Part shown: positions 8,925-20,070 of the stretch, in pieces | Position numbering within the stretch: the first letter of the stretch is position 1 | How the letters are laid out: the number at the start of each line of letters is the position of its first letter | Assembly: GCA_964619725.1 (NCBI GenBank) | Contig: CAZUFC010000029.1 | Location: 1-64,000 of the forward strand | Direction: 5' to 3' | DNA length: 64,000 nt | From: an uncultured bacterium | Lineage (GTDB): Bacteria > CSSED10-310 > CAZUFC01 | Position numbers and translations under genes: made by a program | Notes under the pieces: generated by a model | What the model saw: only the letters and a program-made list of their open reading frames with translations | Told to the model about the DNA's origin: nothing | The model's database searches: none

Positions 8925-10273
8925 GATAAATTAAAGGAAAGGCTTTATACTATAGCTCAGGATTTTTATGACAGTCCTGAAGCAGATATCCCCGAATCTT
9001 GCGGAAGCGAGGCCGAATTATCGGGGCAAACAGTTATTTTAAAAATAGAAAGGTTTCCATGGACGTAATACTGAATTCACAAGCCGAAAAGACGATTGAG
9101 CGAATAAAGGAACAGGGGATAGTTTTGGCGCATCAGGCCACGACCACCCTGAATTACGTCGTTCATTCTGATATTAAAGGCTTGGGTCTTATACACGATG
9201 AAGGCCATATATCCGTAGGATTGATTCTTCATGATACCTTTGCATTTACGGAAGACGGCACGCCGTTAGGCGTATTGGATGCGCAGTGTTGGGTGCGAGA
9301 TGCGAAAGAAGCGGATAAATCGAGGAGAAGAAAAAAACCGCCGATAGAACAAAAAGGGAGCATGAAGTGGTTGCGCAGTTATCATAGAGTCGCTGAGGTT
9401 CAAAAGCAGTGCCCCGATACCATGCTTGTGAGCGTCGGAGACAGTGAATCGGATATATATGAGCTTTTCCTTGAAGCGAAACGTCAGGAAGACGGCCCGC
9501 AACTTCTGGTCAGGTTCGTTAAAGCGTGCAATCGTCTCCCAAAAGAGTGCATGCTTTGGGATATAACGGCACAGAAGCATCCGGCAGGAGTATTGAAAAT
9601 TCATATACCTCAGCGCGGCAACAGAAAAGCGCGAGATGCCCATGCTGAGGTTCGTTTTTCAGAAGTCGAATTGAATCCTGCGAGGGACAGAAAATCATTT
9701 CCTGTCGTAAAAGCCTGGGCAGTTTATGTTATAGAAACAGAACCTCCCCTCAATACAAAACCAGTAGAGTGGATGCTTTTATCTAACGTCAATGTTGAAA
9801 CTCTCGAAGACGCCAAAAAAAGAGTCAAATGGTATTCAAGTCGCTGGGGTATTGATGTTTACCACAGAACTCTTAAGAGCGGCTGCAGGATTAAAAATCG
9901 TCAGTTTGGGTACGCAGATCGCATTGAAACCTGCTTGGGAATCGACATGGCGGATGCCCGGCGAATTTTTCACCTTAGGATGTTGGGAAAAGAAATTCCT
10001 GATGAGTTATGCACGGTTTTCTTAAAAGCTGAAGAATGGAAGGCTTTATATTGTTATGTCAACAAAACTCCATTACCTCCGGATGACCCCCCGACTTTGC
10101 TGGAAGCTGTTATGATGATAGCAGGGATTGGAGGTTACATCGGCGGAAAGAGCGACGGATTCCCGGGAACTAAAGCGCTTTGGAGGGGAATGAAGCTCCT
10201 GGATGACATGACTGAAATGTACGTAATATTAAAGCAAAAAATTGATCCGCATCCCAGGCAACCGGACCCCTGA
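8925..10273 (+). pseudogene. Inactivated IS4-family (IS50/Tn5-like) transposase
   Basis: HDTFAFT..G.PLGVL, VGDSESDIYE, WMLL, Y..RWGIDVYHRTLKSG and GG.IG.KSDG.PG...LWRG motifs. The first catalytic Asp is lost (QATT for QDTT) and the catalytic Glu is Asp. The N-terminus (ERLYTIAQDFYDSPEADIPESCG) lies in another frame at about 8925-9030. Confidence 0.85.
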
Positions 10274-10464
10274 TCTCAAAGGTGTAAGTAGTGTATAATT
10301 GGAGATGTGAACCCCGGTTTTATCAGTCCCTGGCGTCTAACCCGTATTTCTCATACAAAACCTATTACGAGCGTACATATCCCCGCACCTTCAATCCCGG
10401 GTCAAGAGATGGAATCGGCGGGAATCAGAACGCTGTCACTACGATTTTGTATGAGAAATCCGGG

Positions 10465-11532
10465 CTAAAGCGCCGGAGGCGCATTGGTGGTTTTTATTAT
10501 CAATGCGTGTCCGTTTAAATTATGTACCACCAGTTTATCCCGGTCGTTCATGCGTTCTTCGACGTATTTCGTAACACCTGTGCAACCGCAGTATCCGTAA
10601 TCGTCGAAAACTATGACGCCTCCTATCGGCATTTTATCCCATATCCAGTCCACGATTTCTTTTGAGGACTGATAAACGTCGACATCGATATGACAAAGGC
10701 GGAATCGCTTATCGTCGATAAGATGAGCCGTTTCGTCGGGAAAGACCCCTTTGAGTATCCTGACGTTTTTTAATTGAAAAACGTCCTCGACCAGCGACCT
10801 GACAATTTCTGCAGACGTATCGGAATGTTCGCCGCCCCTGTAGTGATTGTCTTTTTCCCCGGCTTTGACTATGCCGTTGAAAGTGTCGCACAGATATACG
10901 TTATCTTTGAATCCGCTCAATTCCGCTTTTTTTGCCAGCAACGCGCCGGTTCCGCCTTTCCAGACACCTATTTCGATCATGGCTCCTTCCAGATGCTTAA
11001 CCTGGTCCACGAGCGTCCATAACTCATAGCAACGATACTTGTCCACGAATGTGTGATTGCGGATCATCCTGTAGGTTTTCTGAAATGATTCGTCGTCGTT
11101 CCAGGGAGCATAAGTGCATGAGGGCTTCAACTCTTCATAGGAACCGTTATCGAATAATTCATAGGCATAAGTGTGATATACGTTGAAATTGTTCGTGTAA
11201 ATCTTGTAATTATCGATCCCCAGGGATTCAAGCTTGCCGACTATCTCCGGCCAGAAATTGGAAGTCACCAGGATGAAATCGAATCGCCCCGAATCCTTTG
11301 CTTCCTCAAGACTGAATATCTTCAGATTGTCCAGAACTCCTATCTTGAATGTATCGATAAAACCCGCAATGTATACGTCTTTTCGGGATGCTTCAATGCT
11401 TCTCCTGACAGCCTTGCCGCCTTCGCCCGCTCCGTAAAGCATAATTTCCGCGCCGCCGGGTATCTCTTCCAGGCGCATGAGGATATTTTCTTCTTTCATG
11501 TTTTTCCTTTCTGTATCGCCGCCTTTTTCCAA
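10465..11532 (-). CDS. TylF/MycF-family O-methyltransferase with an N-terminal Rossmann-like extension
   Basis: EIGVWKGG, LCDTFNG, KGVFPDET, HIDVDVYQS and GGVIVFDDYG motifs; N-terminal YGAGEGG. The start may be 11499. Confidence 0.88.
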   Translation of the reverse strand: MEKGGDTERKNMKEENILMRLEEIPGGAEIMLYGAGEGGKAVRRSIEASRKDVYIAGFIDTFKIGVLDNLKIFSLEEAKDSGRFDFILVTSNFWPEIVGKLESLGIDNYKIYTNNFNVYHTYAYELFDNGSYEELKPSCTYAPWNDDESFQKTYRMIRNHTFVDKYRCYELWTLVDQVKHLEGAMIEIGVWKGGTGALLAKKAELSGFKDNVYLCDTFNGIVKAGEKDNHYRGGEHSDTSAEIVRSLVEDVFQLKNVRILKGVFPDETAHLIDDKRFRLCHIDVDVYQSSKEIVDWIWDKMPIGGVIVFDDYGYCGCTGVTKYVEERMNDRDKLVVHNLNGHALIIKTTNAPPAL

Positions 11533-11705
11533 TGCAGAGAAAAATCAGAATTGAGCAAAAGAATTTCAGTTTTTAAGCTTTTTAATAATTTCGGATGAGT
11601 TGAACAGAAAAAGAATCCCATCCCCTAACCCTGAATAGATTTTAGTTATTTGAATCGAAATGTCAAATGACCCTCAGTCAGGGGGGCAGACTATCTTTTA
11701 AAAGT

Positions 11706-12143
11706 TTAACCGAATCCGACTGTCTCAATGCCTAACAGGTCTCCGGCTTTTTCCATCAATCTATCAGCCGTTGCAAGGAGATTTATGGAATTTAATCTGC
11801 AAACGGCCAGATGCAATGAATCCAATGTCCTGAGAGCGACTTGAGGAAGATGGTCAATAATATTGCAGGCTTCATCACAGATTTCATCCGTCAGAGAATA
11901 ATTAATTATGAATCCGAAAAGCAAGTCTTCTTTGAATAGCGATAATATTTTCATTTCTGTTTCAGGATCAATTTCAGATGCTCTGCGTCTGCGAGCCAAT
12001 AAAGATTTGAATTCAATTTTCGTTACACTGCTGATTGCAATCGGTCCATGCGTCCTTATAAAATTTTCCACTTCATCTGAACCGGACTCGTTAATGTACC
12101 ATTTAGCTAAAGCGCTTGTATCAAAATAACAGATTTTCCTCAA
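11706..12143 (-). CDS. vapC: VapC PIN-domain toxin
   Basis: YFDTSALAKWYINESGS...LRTLDSLHLA...TADR motifs; start overlaps the antitoxin stop. Confidence 0.9.
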   Translation of the reverse strand: MRKICYFDTSALAKWYINESGSDEVENFIRTHGPIAISSVTKIEFKSLLARRRRASEIDPETEMKILSLFKEDLLFGFIINYSLTDEICDEACNIIDHLPQVALRTLDSLHLAVCRLNSINLLATADRLMEKAGDLLGIETVGFG

Positions 12144-12367
12144 CGACTATCACGCTCCTCTCTTATCATCGACTCACTGCTCCGATCCATATAGCGCATG
12201 GATTCTCTCAACTTTTTGTGAGAGGGCATACATTTTTTTGAATTAACAGGCGTGATAACCGCAATAGGTTTTCCCCGTTTCGTTAATTTAATCTCTCCCT
12301 CCTTTTCGAGAATGCGATCCAACTTACCTAATATCTGTCTTGCTTCACGAATGCTGACTTCTTTCAT
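12140..12367 (-). CDS. Phd/YefM-family antitoxin
   Basis: VSIREAR..L..L......GEI.LTKRGKPIAVI pattern, upstream of the PIN toxin. Confidence 0.88.
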   Translation of the reverse strand: MKEVSIREARQILGKLDRILEKEGEIKLTKRGKPIAVITPVNSKKCMPSHKKLRESMRYMDRSSESMIREERDSR

Positions 12368-12508
12368 ATCTTTCTCCCGGAACTGATGCGCCGCAGTGGC
12401 GCTTCAAGTGTAATTGTAGCATAATGGATGGAAAAATAAAAATTTGTTTCGATTATGATTGCGTCGATGTAGAATCAATCTGTTATAAGCGGTATTCCGG
12501 CAATCGTT

Positions 12509-15500
12509 TCATCTGCTGATGGACCATCCGAAGACAGCGGTTGAGGGGCCGGGATCGACGTCGGTTTGAATGGTAACGGTGGAGTTGGTTGTCGTGCTGA
12601 CCCAGTATTTGGATGCGTTTCCGAGGTTGTTTTGCGGCGTGAGTGAGACGGCGTTTTTACCGGGGTTGAAGGGCAGGTGATGATTAAAGGCGACGGAGGA
12701 GCTGCCGTTGGGAACGACGACCTGGCCGTAGCTATGGGTGATCCAGCCCAGGGTGTTTCGGATGACGGAGTTAGCGCCGTGGTTATTGATATTGGCGGAG
12801 ATTCCGGCCTGCAGAAGATTACATCCTATGACCTGGGCATTATCGCAGTTTTCGTCGATTTCGATGCCGTATTTTGATTTATTGCCGTCGCCGTATCGAA
12901 TTTTGGTATTGACGACAGAGCAGTGGTCAGAATTTTCCAGTGATATGCCGTCGCATGTATCGTCCGTTTCAAGTCCGGCGCCGGAAATGAAGCATGCGGC
13001 AACGAGACTGTCGTCGCATGAATTAAGGCGGATAGCGTCAGAATCGATATTTCTCAGGATACAACCGATGATTTTCGCCTGCCCGGTCGTGCTGGAGCTG
13101 GGGGCGATTTGAATGCCGCGATGATGGATATCGGCCAGTTCGCAATTAGTTATGGCGGGTGCAAAGACTCCGGCGATAGAAATGCCGCGTGACCCGGTAT
13201 TGCGGATAAAGCAGCCGGAAATTTTCAGTCCGGTGATTGATCCAGTTCCATATTGGATGTTAATGCCGTCGTTTCCTGCGTCCAGAATCTCTGCCTGCTG
13301 GAGCGACAGTCCGTTAAGCGCACCAGTAATATCACTCACGTTGATGCCGCGCCAGCCGCAGGAGTGAGCGGTATAATTTTTGATGATAATATTGCTCAGA
13401 ACGTCCGAATCATTCAGGTTATAGATTCCTATGCCGTCCTGAAGCGCGGCGACGGCGGTGCAATCGGTGAGAGTGACATTGGAACAATTATCGAAAATCT
13501 CAAATCCTGCTGTGGAATCGAAGGAGCTGCAATGTTCAAGAACCAGGAATTCGCATGATTCGATGAGGAATGAAACGTCTGTGGAGCCGTAGTCGGTGCA
13601 ATGAGATATAGAGCTTTTGACGAGTTCTCTGAAACGGAATGCGTCTTCTGCAGCGTTGCGAACGACGATATTGGAAGCGGAGTAATTGTTTCCGTAACCG
13701 CCTGCTGCAGCAAGCTGAAAGCCTCTTCCGCCGGCGTTGATTATTTCAATATTTTCCACGCGACAAGCGTTGACGCCGTTAACAGAGCATCCGATGTTGC
13801 CGGTATCCTTGATGTAGCCGTTTCTGATAATGAGATTCGATACGTCGCCCACTGTTGTGGCCAGTCCGGCATTGCCGGCATTGATGATTTTGAAGCCGTC
13901 AACTGTAACGTTTTTGACGGGTCCGTCGGCATCGCTCAGGTAAATGCCGGACGAGACTGCATTGTAGACCGCAACGTTGCTCAGGTGGATGTTTTCCAGT
14001 GATTTCAGAGGATCGTCGTTGGTGATTCGGTAACCGCAGCCGTAGCAATCCCTTACGACAGCGTCATTAATGTGAATGTGCCTGGCGTTTCGTGAAACGG
14101 TCACGGCATGATAGGCTGTATTTTCAACGTACAGGTTATTGACAGAGACATGTTGAACGTCGTTGTTGCCCATAGTCAAACCTTTGTTGTCGGTATCACG
14201 GATGAAGACGTTATTCATCAGAACATGACGGATATAGTTGTTCTCATTAGGTTCCAGGTCTATGCCGGCCACGCAGTCGCCGACGGTCCCGTTTTGATGT
14301 TCGATATAGATATTATTCATTTCCAGGCCGTCCGCGCCTGAGACGGTTATTCCGTTTCTGCCGCAATTATATATGTGCAGGTTTTGGAGGAATGTGCCGG
14401 ACGGCGTATCGGAGGCTCCGTTTTCTGCGTCCTGGTGAGCGAGTCCGTCTCCTGCGCAGTTTACGATGTCGGCGTTCAGTACCCTGGCTCTGGTAATGGC
14501 GCCGCTTACGACTATTCCGTGCTGATGCGTGGCGTTCGGATCACTCATGGCTGACCGGTTTCCGTCGAAAACGCCGCCGTTTACGGTTACGTTGTCATAT
14601 TCAATGTTCAATATCCGATGATTATTTCCGCCGTGAGGAATGGCTTTCAAAACGGCGCCCTGAGACAATTCGACGGTGGTGTTCTCTTTCGGCGTAAGAT
14701 AATTATCCGCTCCCCTGGCAGCGACCATGTAAACGCCTGGGGGAATACAGACATGACGGTTTCCTTCGGCGAAAAGCTGCTGGAAAGCGAGCGTATCGTC
14801 CGCCGTTCCGTCGCCACGGGCTCCGAACCACTGGGGATAAAGTAAAGGGGTGTTAGAGAGCGCCGGAACGTCTTCCAGGCTGCAATCGAAGATTTGCTTC
14901 AGGGGTGCAGTGATGCCGCCGGAAAAGGTAGGATAGAATCCGGACCAGGCCAATTTGCCGTAAATGACCGTATGTGCCGTTGTTCCTGTAAAGGAATCAT
15001 TTATGGTTTCATTTACCTCTCCGGGTATCAGGAGATTCAGTCCGTTCGTTTCAGCATGCAGAGCGGCGGCATTGAGTCGTTCTGTAAATGAAGCGCCCGG
15101 AAAAGCCGTGACGTCTGCGCAGCCGACATTGGATTCCGCTTTAACGTAGCCGTTGATTTCGACATTAGAGCCGTCGGTCGTAAAATCGGAACTCTGAGTA
15201 ATTGTACCGTCAGAAGCGCCGTACAGAACCTGGCTTTCCAGCAAACTCAACTGAAATGACGGTCCTGTCGGACCACTCGGGCCCTGGGGTCCAACAGGTC
15301 CGGTTTGACCCGCCGGTCCTGTTTCTCCGGCAGGTCCTGCAACGCCGGTATACCCCTGCGGACCTGGAGGACCGGTCATGCCGGTCGGTCCTGTCGGTCC
15401 TGCCTGCCCCATCACACCGGTCGCTCCTTGAGCTCCCGGAGGTCCGGACGGACCCGTTTCACCCTGGATACCCGTCGCTCCCAACGGCCCTGTATCGCCC

Positions 15501-16018
15501 TGGGGTCCTGCAGGACCGGTCTCACCCTGAGGGCCCGTCAGGCCGTCAGGTTCTCCCGTCCAGCGTCCCGTCGAATCGATAACTTCGCCGTAATTCGAGA
15601 TGCTTACGCTGCGTGGATGTATGTCGAAATCATATACGTCCGCTGCGTTAAATGCCTGGCCGACGCTGGATAGCGGTTGCCGCGGCGTCAGAACTTCTCC
15701 GCCGACCACCGTTTCCAGCCAGAACGCTCCGTCAAAATTGAAAAGAACAGGATCAACCGATCCCAGTTCAATGTGGAATAATCCCTGTTCTACTGATATT
15801 GCGGATTGAGTTTCCGACCATTTCAGTTCGCCGCTGGTTGGATCGTCATAAATCCTGAACGTGAAGTCGTATTGACCTGTTAACGGCTCGCCGTCTGCGT
15901 CAGTTAAATAACCCTGATAATTAATGCGATGCGGTATTGCGCCGTCGCCCGAAACAGAGCGCGGCAACGCCGTAATGCAGGTCAGGACGAGCGCTGTCAG
16001 TACATAAAATTTCATCAT
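12509..16018 (-). CDS. Secreted collagen-repeat and right-handed beta-helix (pectate-lyase/tailspike-like) protein
   Basis: Start MMKFYVL at 16018 after AGGGGAGG; signal peptide; INYQGYLTD domain; about 30 Gly-X-Y triplets; [13 protein letters not shown] motif followed by a long PbH1-like repeat region. Confidence 0.8.
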   Translation of the reverse strand: MMKFYVLTALVLTCITALPRSVSGDGAIPHRINYQGYLTDADGEPLTGQYDFTFRIYDDPTSGELKWSETQSAISVEQGLFHIELGSVDPVLFNFDGAFWLETVVGGEVLTPRQPLSSVGQAFNAADVYDFDIHPRSVSISNYGEVIDSTGRWTGEPDGLTGPQGETGPAGPQGDTGPLGATGIQGETGPSGPPGAQGATGVMGQAGPTGPTGMTGPPGPQGYTGVAGPAGETGPAGQTGPVGPQGPSGPTGPSFQLSLLESQVLYGASDGTITQSSDFTTDGSNVEINGYVKAESNVGCADVTAFPGASFTERLNAAALHAETNGLNLLIPGEVNETINDSFTGTTAHTVIYGKLAWSGFYPTFSGGITAPLKQIFDCSLEDVPALSNTPLLYPQWFGARGDGTADDTLAFQQLFAEGNRHVCIPPGVYMVAARGADNYLTPKENTTVELSQGAVLKAIPHGGNNHRILNIEYDNVTVNGGVFDGNRSAMSDPNATHQHGIVVSGAITRARVLNADIVNCAGDGLAHQDAENGASDTPSGTFLQNLHIYNCGRNGITVSGADGLEMNNIYIEHQNGTVGDCVAGIDLEPNENNYIRHVLMNNVFIRDTDNKGLTMGNNDVQHVSVNNLYVENTAYHAVTVSRNARHIHINDAVVRDCYGCGYRITNDDPLKSLENIHLSNVAVYNAVSSGIYLSDADGPVKNVTVDGFKIINAGNAGLATTVGDVSNLIIRNGYIKDTGNIGCSVNGVNACRVENIEIINAGGRGFQLAAAGGYGNNYSASNIVVRNAAEDAFRFRELVKSSISHCTDYGSTDVSFLIESCEFLVLEHCSSFDSTAGFEIFDNCSNVTLTDCTAVAALQDGIGIYNLNDSDVLSNIIIKNYTAHSCGWRGINVSDITGALNGLSLQQAEILDAGNDGINIQYGTGSITGLKISGCFIRNTGSRGISIAGVFAPAITNCELADIHHRGIQIAPSSSTTGQAKIIGCILRNIDSDAIRLNSCDDSLVAACFISGAGLETDDTCDGISLENSDHCSVVNTKIRYGDGNKSKYGIEIDENCDNAQVIGCNLLQAGISANINNHGANSVIRNTLGWITHSYGQVVVPNGSSSVAFNHHLPFNPGKNAVSLTPQNNLGNASKYWVSTTTNSTVTIQTDVDPGPSTAVFGWSISR

Positions 16019-16360
16019 TTCCTCCCCTGTTGAAAAAATATTTTTTGGAGTCGCTTTCAGTATATGGAATGGAAATGAAAAAACAAAATAGAAAAAGTGT
16101 ATTTTTTCGAGGCAAGAGTCTGCAGCGGATGTCAATGAATTTCTGCATAGAGAATCAGGGACGACTGAGAAGACTCAGCGGAGAGATAACCAGGGAAGAT
16201 GCTGAATTGGAAGAAAAATTAAACAGGCGGCATTTTGTTGTCGTTTTTTTTCAGCGGCTGTTAAAAATTTGAACTGCAGTTTTCGCTGGTCAACTGATTC
16301 GATATGACCGCTACCGCTGCGAAGAGGAGCAGCCTCACCGGCGCGGTTTTTGTGAAACCA

Positions 16361-17437
16361 TCAGGAAAGATTGGATGAAATTGTTTTATCTACATATTCT
16401 ATTTCGGCTTGATCTCTTAAGTTTTCGAGATAGTTTCTGACTCTATCATTCTGTTTCTGGTCCTGAAGCATCTTTTTAATCCGTTCGGTGGATTCGGCTA
16501 ACGTCAGCGTTTTTTCTTCTTTTTTATCGGTTACTTTAATCAGGTGGTATCCGAAATTGGTTTCGACTATATCGCTCATCTCGCCGACATCCAGATGAAA
16601 AGCTGTTTCTTCAAACGGCTTGACCATGGCGCCTTTGCCAAAGAATCCCAGATCGCCGCCTTTTGATTTGCTGGGACAATCCGAGTATTGACGGGCCATT
16701 TCCGCGAAATCGGCGCCCCCTTCAATTTTTTCCTTGATTTCTTCCAGCTCGGCCTTCTTTTGCGCTTTATCTTCTTGCTCATTTCCCGTTCTGAGAAGTA
16801 TATGACTCGCCTTGACCTGCGCCGGCTGCTCGAACATCTCCGGTCGACTGTTGTAGAATTCGCTGATGGCTTCCTCTGTAATTTCTTCCGTCGATTCTGT
16901 TTTTTCCGCAACCAGGGTTTCGATTTTCAGGTTCATCCTGATATTTTCCAGCAGTTCATCTTTAGTAATGTTTCTTTGCTGGAGAAATGCCAGGAAGTTT
17001 TCTTCGCTGGGGAACCGGCTCAGGATTTGCTTGTATTGATCCTGGACTTTCGAATCTTCGACTTCAATATTTTCCTGATTCGCTTCCTGCAGGAGAAGAT
17101 TTCTGTTGATCATATTTTCTATCGCCTGGTTCCAGAGTCCGGCTCGCGCATCATTCATCTGGTCTGGAGGTATCTGGTTCTGGAATTGCATCAACAGGTT
17201 CTGCATTTCTTCTTCGACTTCTTTTCGCGTCACCTTCTGGTCGTTTACCAGGGCGATAGTTGAGCTTTCAGGCGCGCTTTCCGCCTGGAAATCTGATGCT
17301 CCGGGAGGTTGATTTTGATCTTCAGAGAAGGAACCGTCGGTTAAGGCGGGTTCCATAGTTTTCTGTTCATCGGCGCATCCGGCTGCAAACAGACAAGCGA
17401 GTAAACTCAGAAACACAATTGCATTAAATTTTTTCAT
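16361..17437 (-). CDS. PpiC/parvulin-type peptidyl-prolyl isomerase lipoprotein (PrsA/SurA-like)
   Basis: Lipobox FAAGC; VKASHIL, F..MARQYSDCPS..KGGDLGFF, F...AF.L..GEMS..VETNFGYHLIK motifs. Confidence 0.92.
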   Translation of the reverse strand: MKKFNAIVFLSLLACLFAAGCADEQKTMEPALTDGSFSEDQNQPPGASDFQAESAPESSTIALVNDQKVTRKEVEEEMQNLLMQFQNQIPPDQMNDARAGLWNQAIENMINRNLLLQEANQENIEVEDSKVQDQYKQILSRFPSEENFLAFLQQRNITKDELLENIRMNLKIETLVAEKTESTEEITEEAISEFYNSRPEMFEQPAQVKASHILLRTGNEQEDKAQKKAELEEIKEKIEGGADFAEMARQYSDCPSKSKGGDLGFFGKGAMVKPFEETAFHLDVGEMSDIVETNFGYHLIKVTDKKEEKTLTLAESTERIKKMLQDQKQNDRVRNYLENLRDQAEIEYVDKTISSNLS

Positions 17438-17734
17438 TTTCGGCCTTCCTTTTTCTTTGACAAAATCGGGGTCGAATGACCCTCACCGCAGAAACTATAC
17501 AGTTTTTCAATGCAATTTAAAAGGGAAGCCTTTGGAAAAGAGACAGAATAGATATAAAGTCTTGTGTTCAAAGGGGCGAACTGGTAAATATTTTTAGATG
17601 TGCAGCGGGTGCGGCGTTGTCTGAAGGGCAGGACGTTCGCCGGTTTGATGATAATGTTGCAGAAGGCCGGCAGAGTCAGGGGAAGATTTTGTATAAGCAT
17701 TAATAATAATCATGGAAAAGAAGGATGCTGAAAA

Positions 17735-18277
17735 ATGAGAATATTGGTTGATATGGATGGAGTTCTGAGTGATTTTGAAAAAGGTTTCATCAGAAGGTGG
17801 AAAGAGAAGCATCCGGATAAGAGAGTCTTTGAGCCTGAGGAGCGGAAAGGTTTCTATATCATCGATCAGTATCCGAAGGAGTGGAAGCCGCTGATAGTAG
17901 AGATAAGGAGCGAACCGGGATTTTTTTACAATCTGGAGCCGGTTCCGGGAGGATTGTCTGCGGTTAGGGAAATGGCGGAGATGGATTGGGAGGTGTTTAT
18001 CTGCAGCAGTCCGATGTTGAGTCACGAGTATTGTGCAACGGAGAAATATCGTTGGGTAGAGAAACATCTTGGAAGGGAATGGAAGAAGAGAGTCATCCTG
18101 ACGAAAGATAAAACAGTCATAAAGGCGAACATATTGATTGACGATCGACCGGATGTAAAGGGTTCTGAGAATCCTCCCTCCTGGGAACATGTTTTATATG
18201 ACAGACCTTATAATCGAGACGTCAAGGGAAAGAGACGTCTAACCTGGAGCGACTGGAAGGAAATCATAGCTTCCTAA
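17735..18277 (+). CDS. 5'(3')-deoxyribonucleotidase (HAD, NT5C family)
   Basis: DMDGVLSDF, EKYRWVEKHL and LIDDRP motifs. Confidence 0.9.
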   Translation: MRILVDMDGVLSDFEKGFIRRWKEKHPDKRVFEPEERKGFYIIDQYPKEWKPLIVEIRSEPGFFYNLEPVPGGLSAVREMAEMDWEVFICSSPMLSHEYCATEKYRWVEKHLGREWKKRVILTKDKTVIKANILIDDRPDVKGSENPPSWEHVLYDRPYNRDVKGKRRLTWSDWKEIIAS

Positions 18278-18306
18278 AAGCGTGTGCATCTGAACGGAAT
18301 TTTACC

Positions 18307-18939
18307 GTGAGCTTCGAAAGACAGGGAATAATTTATGATTATGCAGTTGAAACGGACTGCGGAGAGATGGATATCCTGTGGGCCGGTCAGGAGGATTCTA
18401 TCGCGATATTGATGATTTGCCTTCCAGGGACGCTGAATAGAAACAAAGCGCTTTTAGCCGGAAACAACGAATCTCAGATTGTACGAAAAGCCTGCAGGAA
18501 GGCGGAGCGTTTGGGCGAAAAGTTGAGAGGATATATGAACGGCGGGGCGTGGGAATTTAATGAGACGCCCGATTACCTGCAGTTTAAAACGGAATTTCAA
18601 AAACACGTTCTTTTAACGGAAAGGAAGGTTCCTCCGGGCCGGATAATATCCTATGGAACGCTGGCCGCATGGATAGAAAAGCCGAGGGCGGTTCGAGCCG
18701 TGGGAAGGGCTCTGGCGAAGAACCCTTACCCCATAGTCATACCATGCCATCGTACGGTGAGGGCTGACGGTTCGCTGGGCGGATTCCAGGGCGGAGTTGA
18801 ATTGAAAAGGAAGCTGCTGGAGCGGGAAGGCGTCAGGTTTGATGAGTGTGGAAGGGCGTTGAGAGAACATTTTGTTGAAGAGATAGGGTTGCTTGACCGG
18901 ATATCATCAGCGGGCGGAAAGAACATGAATGATTGTTAA
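18307..18939 (+). CDS. ogt: Methylated-DNA-protein-cysteine methyltransferase
   Basis: RAVGRAL..NP.PIVIPCHR active-site motif and K..LL..EG. Confidence 0.92.
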   Translation: MSFERQGIIYDYAVETDCGEMDILWAGQEDSIAILMICLPGTLNRNKALLAGNNESQIVRKACRKAERLGEKLRGYMNGGAWEFNETPDYLQFKTEFQKHVLLTERKVPPGRIISYGTLAAWIEKPRAVRAVGRALAKNPYPIVIPCHRTVRADGSLGGFQGGVELKRKLLEREGVRFDECGRALREHFVEEIGLLDRISSAGGKNMNDC

Positions 18940-19105
18940 TTCTGAATGCAGCGGTTCTATCATTATGGACGGACGAAGAGGGATTGAACGCAGGTGTCGG
19001 TAAACGCTTGTATTTGATTCATAATTAATTATAATCTGGGATTGAGAATGAGTGATCAGGCATTGAAGAGAAGGAACCTGAAAAATATGACAGCGAGGGG
19101 CAAGG

Positions 19106-20065
19106 ATGAGTTCGTCGAGTTATCAGGAATACAGGAGATTAATTGACGGCGGTCAGGCGATGGAAGCGGCCCGGTTGGCTGAGAATGAGTATATACAGGG
19201 CGGATCGACGAATTCGTTCTGGTTGAATATGAAAGCATCGGCGCTGAACAAAGCCGGTATGCATGAACAGGCGTTAAATACGGCTCAGGAAGCGTTGAAC
19301 ATTCATCCGGGTAATCCCTACAGCGTTTTGGCGGCTGCTGATGCTTTGCGTGAAATGAATCAATACGACGAATCGCTGGAATACTACAGGGAGCTTGTTG
19401 AGAATCCGAAACTGAGAAACGCTGCAGAAATAGGCGTATTAAAATGTATGGCCGGTATGCAAAAGTGGAAAGAGATGCTGGAATTCATCAGCAACTCGAA
19501 TTTACCGCGAACTCAGCAGTTAAAGTGGAGCGTAAAAGCGTTGACGGGTTCAGGCCGCCTGGAGGAAGCTGCGGAAAAGTGCAAGGAATGGCTGAATCTG
19601 AGTCCGGACAATCCTGTTGCACTGTGGGAATTGACGGAAATTGAGGTGCGTCTGCAGGGAATTATTCCGGTTCGCAAACGGATGGGAAGGCTGGCGCGAA
19701 TCCCGTCTCGTCCGCCGATTTACAAGGAGATATATGCGTCGTTATGCCGAAGGACGGGCGAGCAGGAACTGGCTGTGAGGGCATATTCGGAGATGAGTCG
19801 ATCGGGGAGCCGGCCGCGTATCGAGCGCAAAAGGGCGTTTGTGCTGGCTAAATCGGGACGGGAGGATGAGGCGATCCCGTTAATGGAGGAGTTATTGAAG
19901 CAGAATCCGGGCGATGTATATGTGCATTCGGCGTATCAGGCTGCCTGCGGCCGGGTCGGTCGATTGAAGCAAGCGCTTGAATTTTACGAAAATTTATTGA
20001 ATTCTCATCCGGAGCAGAAGAGAATTTATGGTCATATCAAAAGAATAAAGAGCAGAATGGGATAG
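19106..20065 (+). CDS. TPR-repeat protein
   Basis: Repeated A...L...P helical repeats; ends 5 bp before the next gene. Confidence 0.85.
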   Translation: MSSSSYQEYRRLIDGGQAMEAARLAENEYIQGGSTNSFWLNMKASALNKAGMHEQALNTAQEALNIHPGNPYSVLAAADALREMNQYDESLEYYRELVENPKLRNAAEIGVLKCMAGMQKWKEMLEFISNSNLPRTQQLKWSVKALTGSGRLEEAAEKCKEWLNLSPDNPVALWELTEIEVRLQGIIPVRKRMGRLARIPSRPPIYKEIYASLCRRTGEQELAVRAYSEMSRSGSRPRIERKRAFVLAKSGREDEAIPLMEELLKQNPGDVYVHSAYQAACGRVGRLKQALEFYENLLNSHPEQKRIYGHIKRIKSRMG

Positions 20066-20070
20066 AGCGA

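Noticed and set aside
12509-16135. Prophage suggested by the tailspike-like protein
   Set aside because: The protein has a signal peptide, and no capsid, terminase, portal or integrase genes are nearby.
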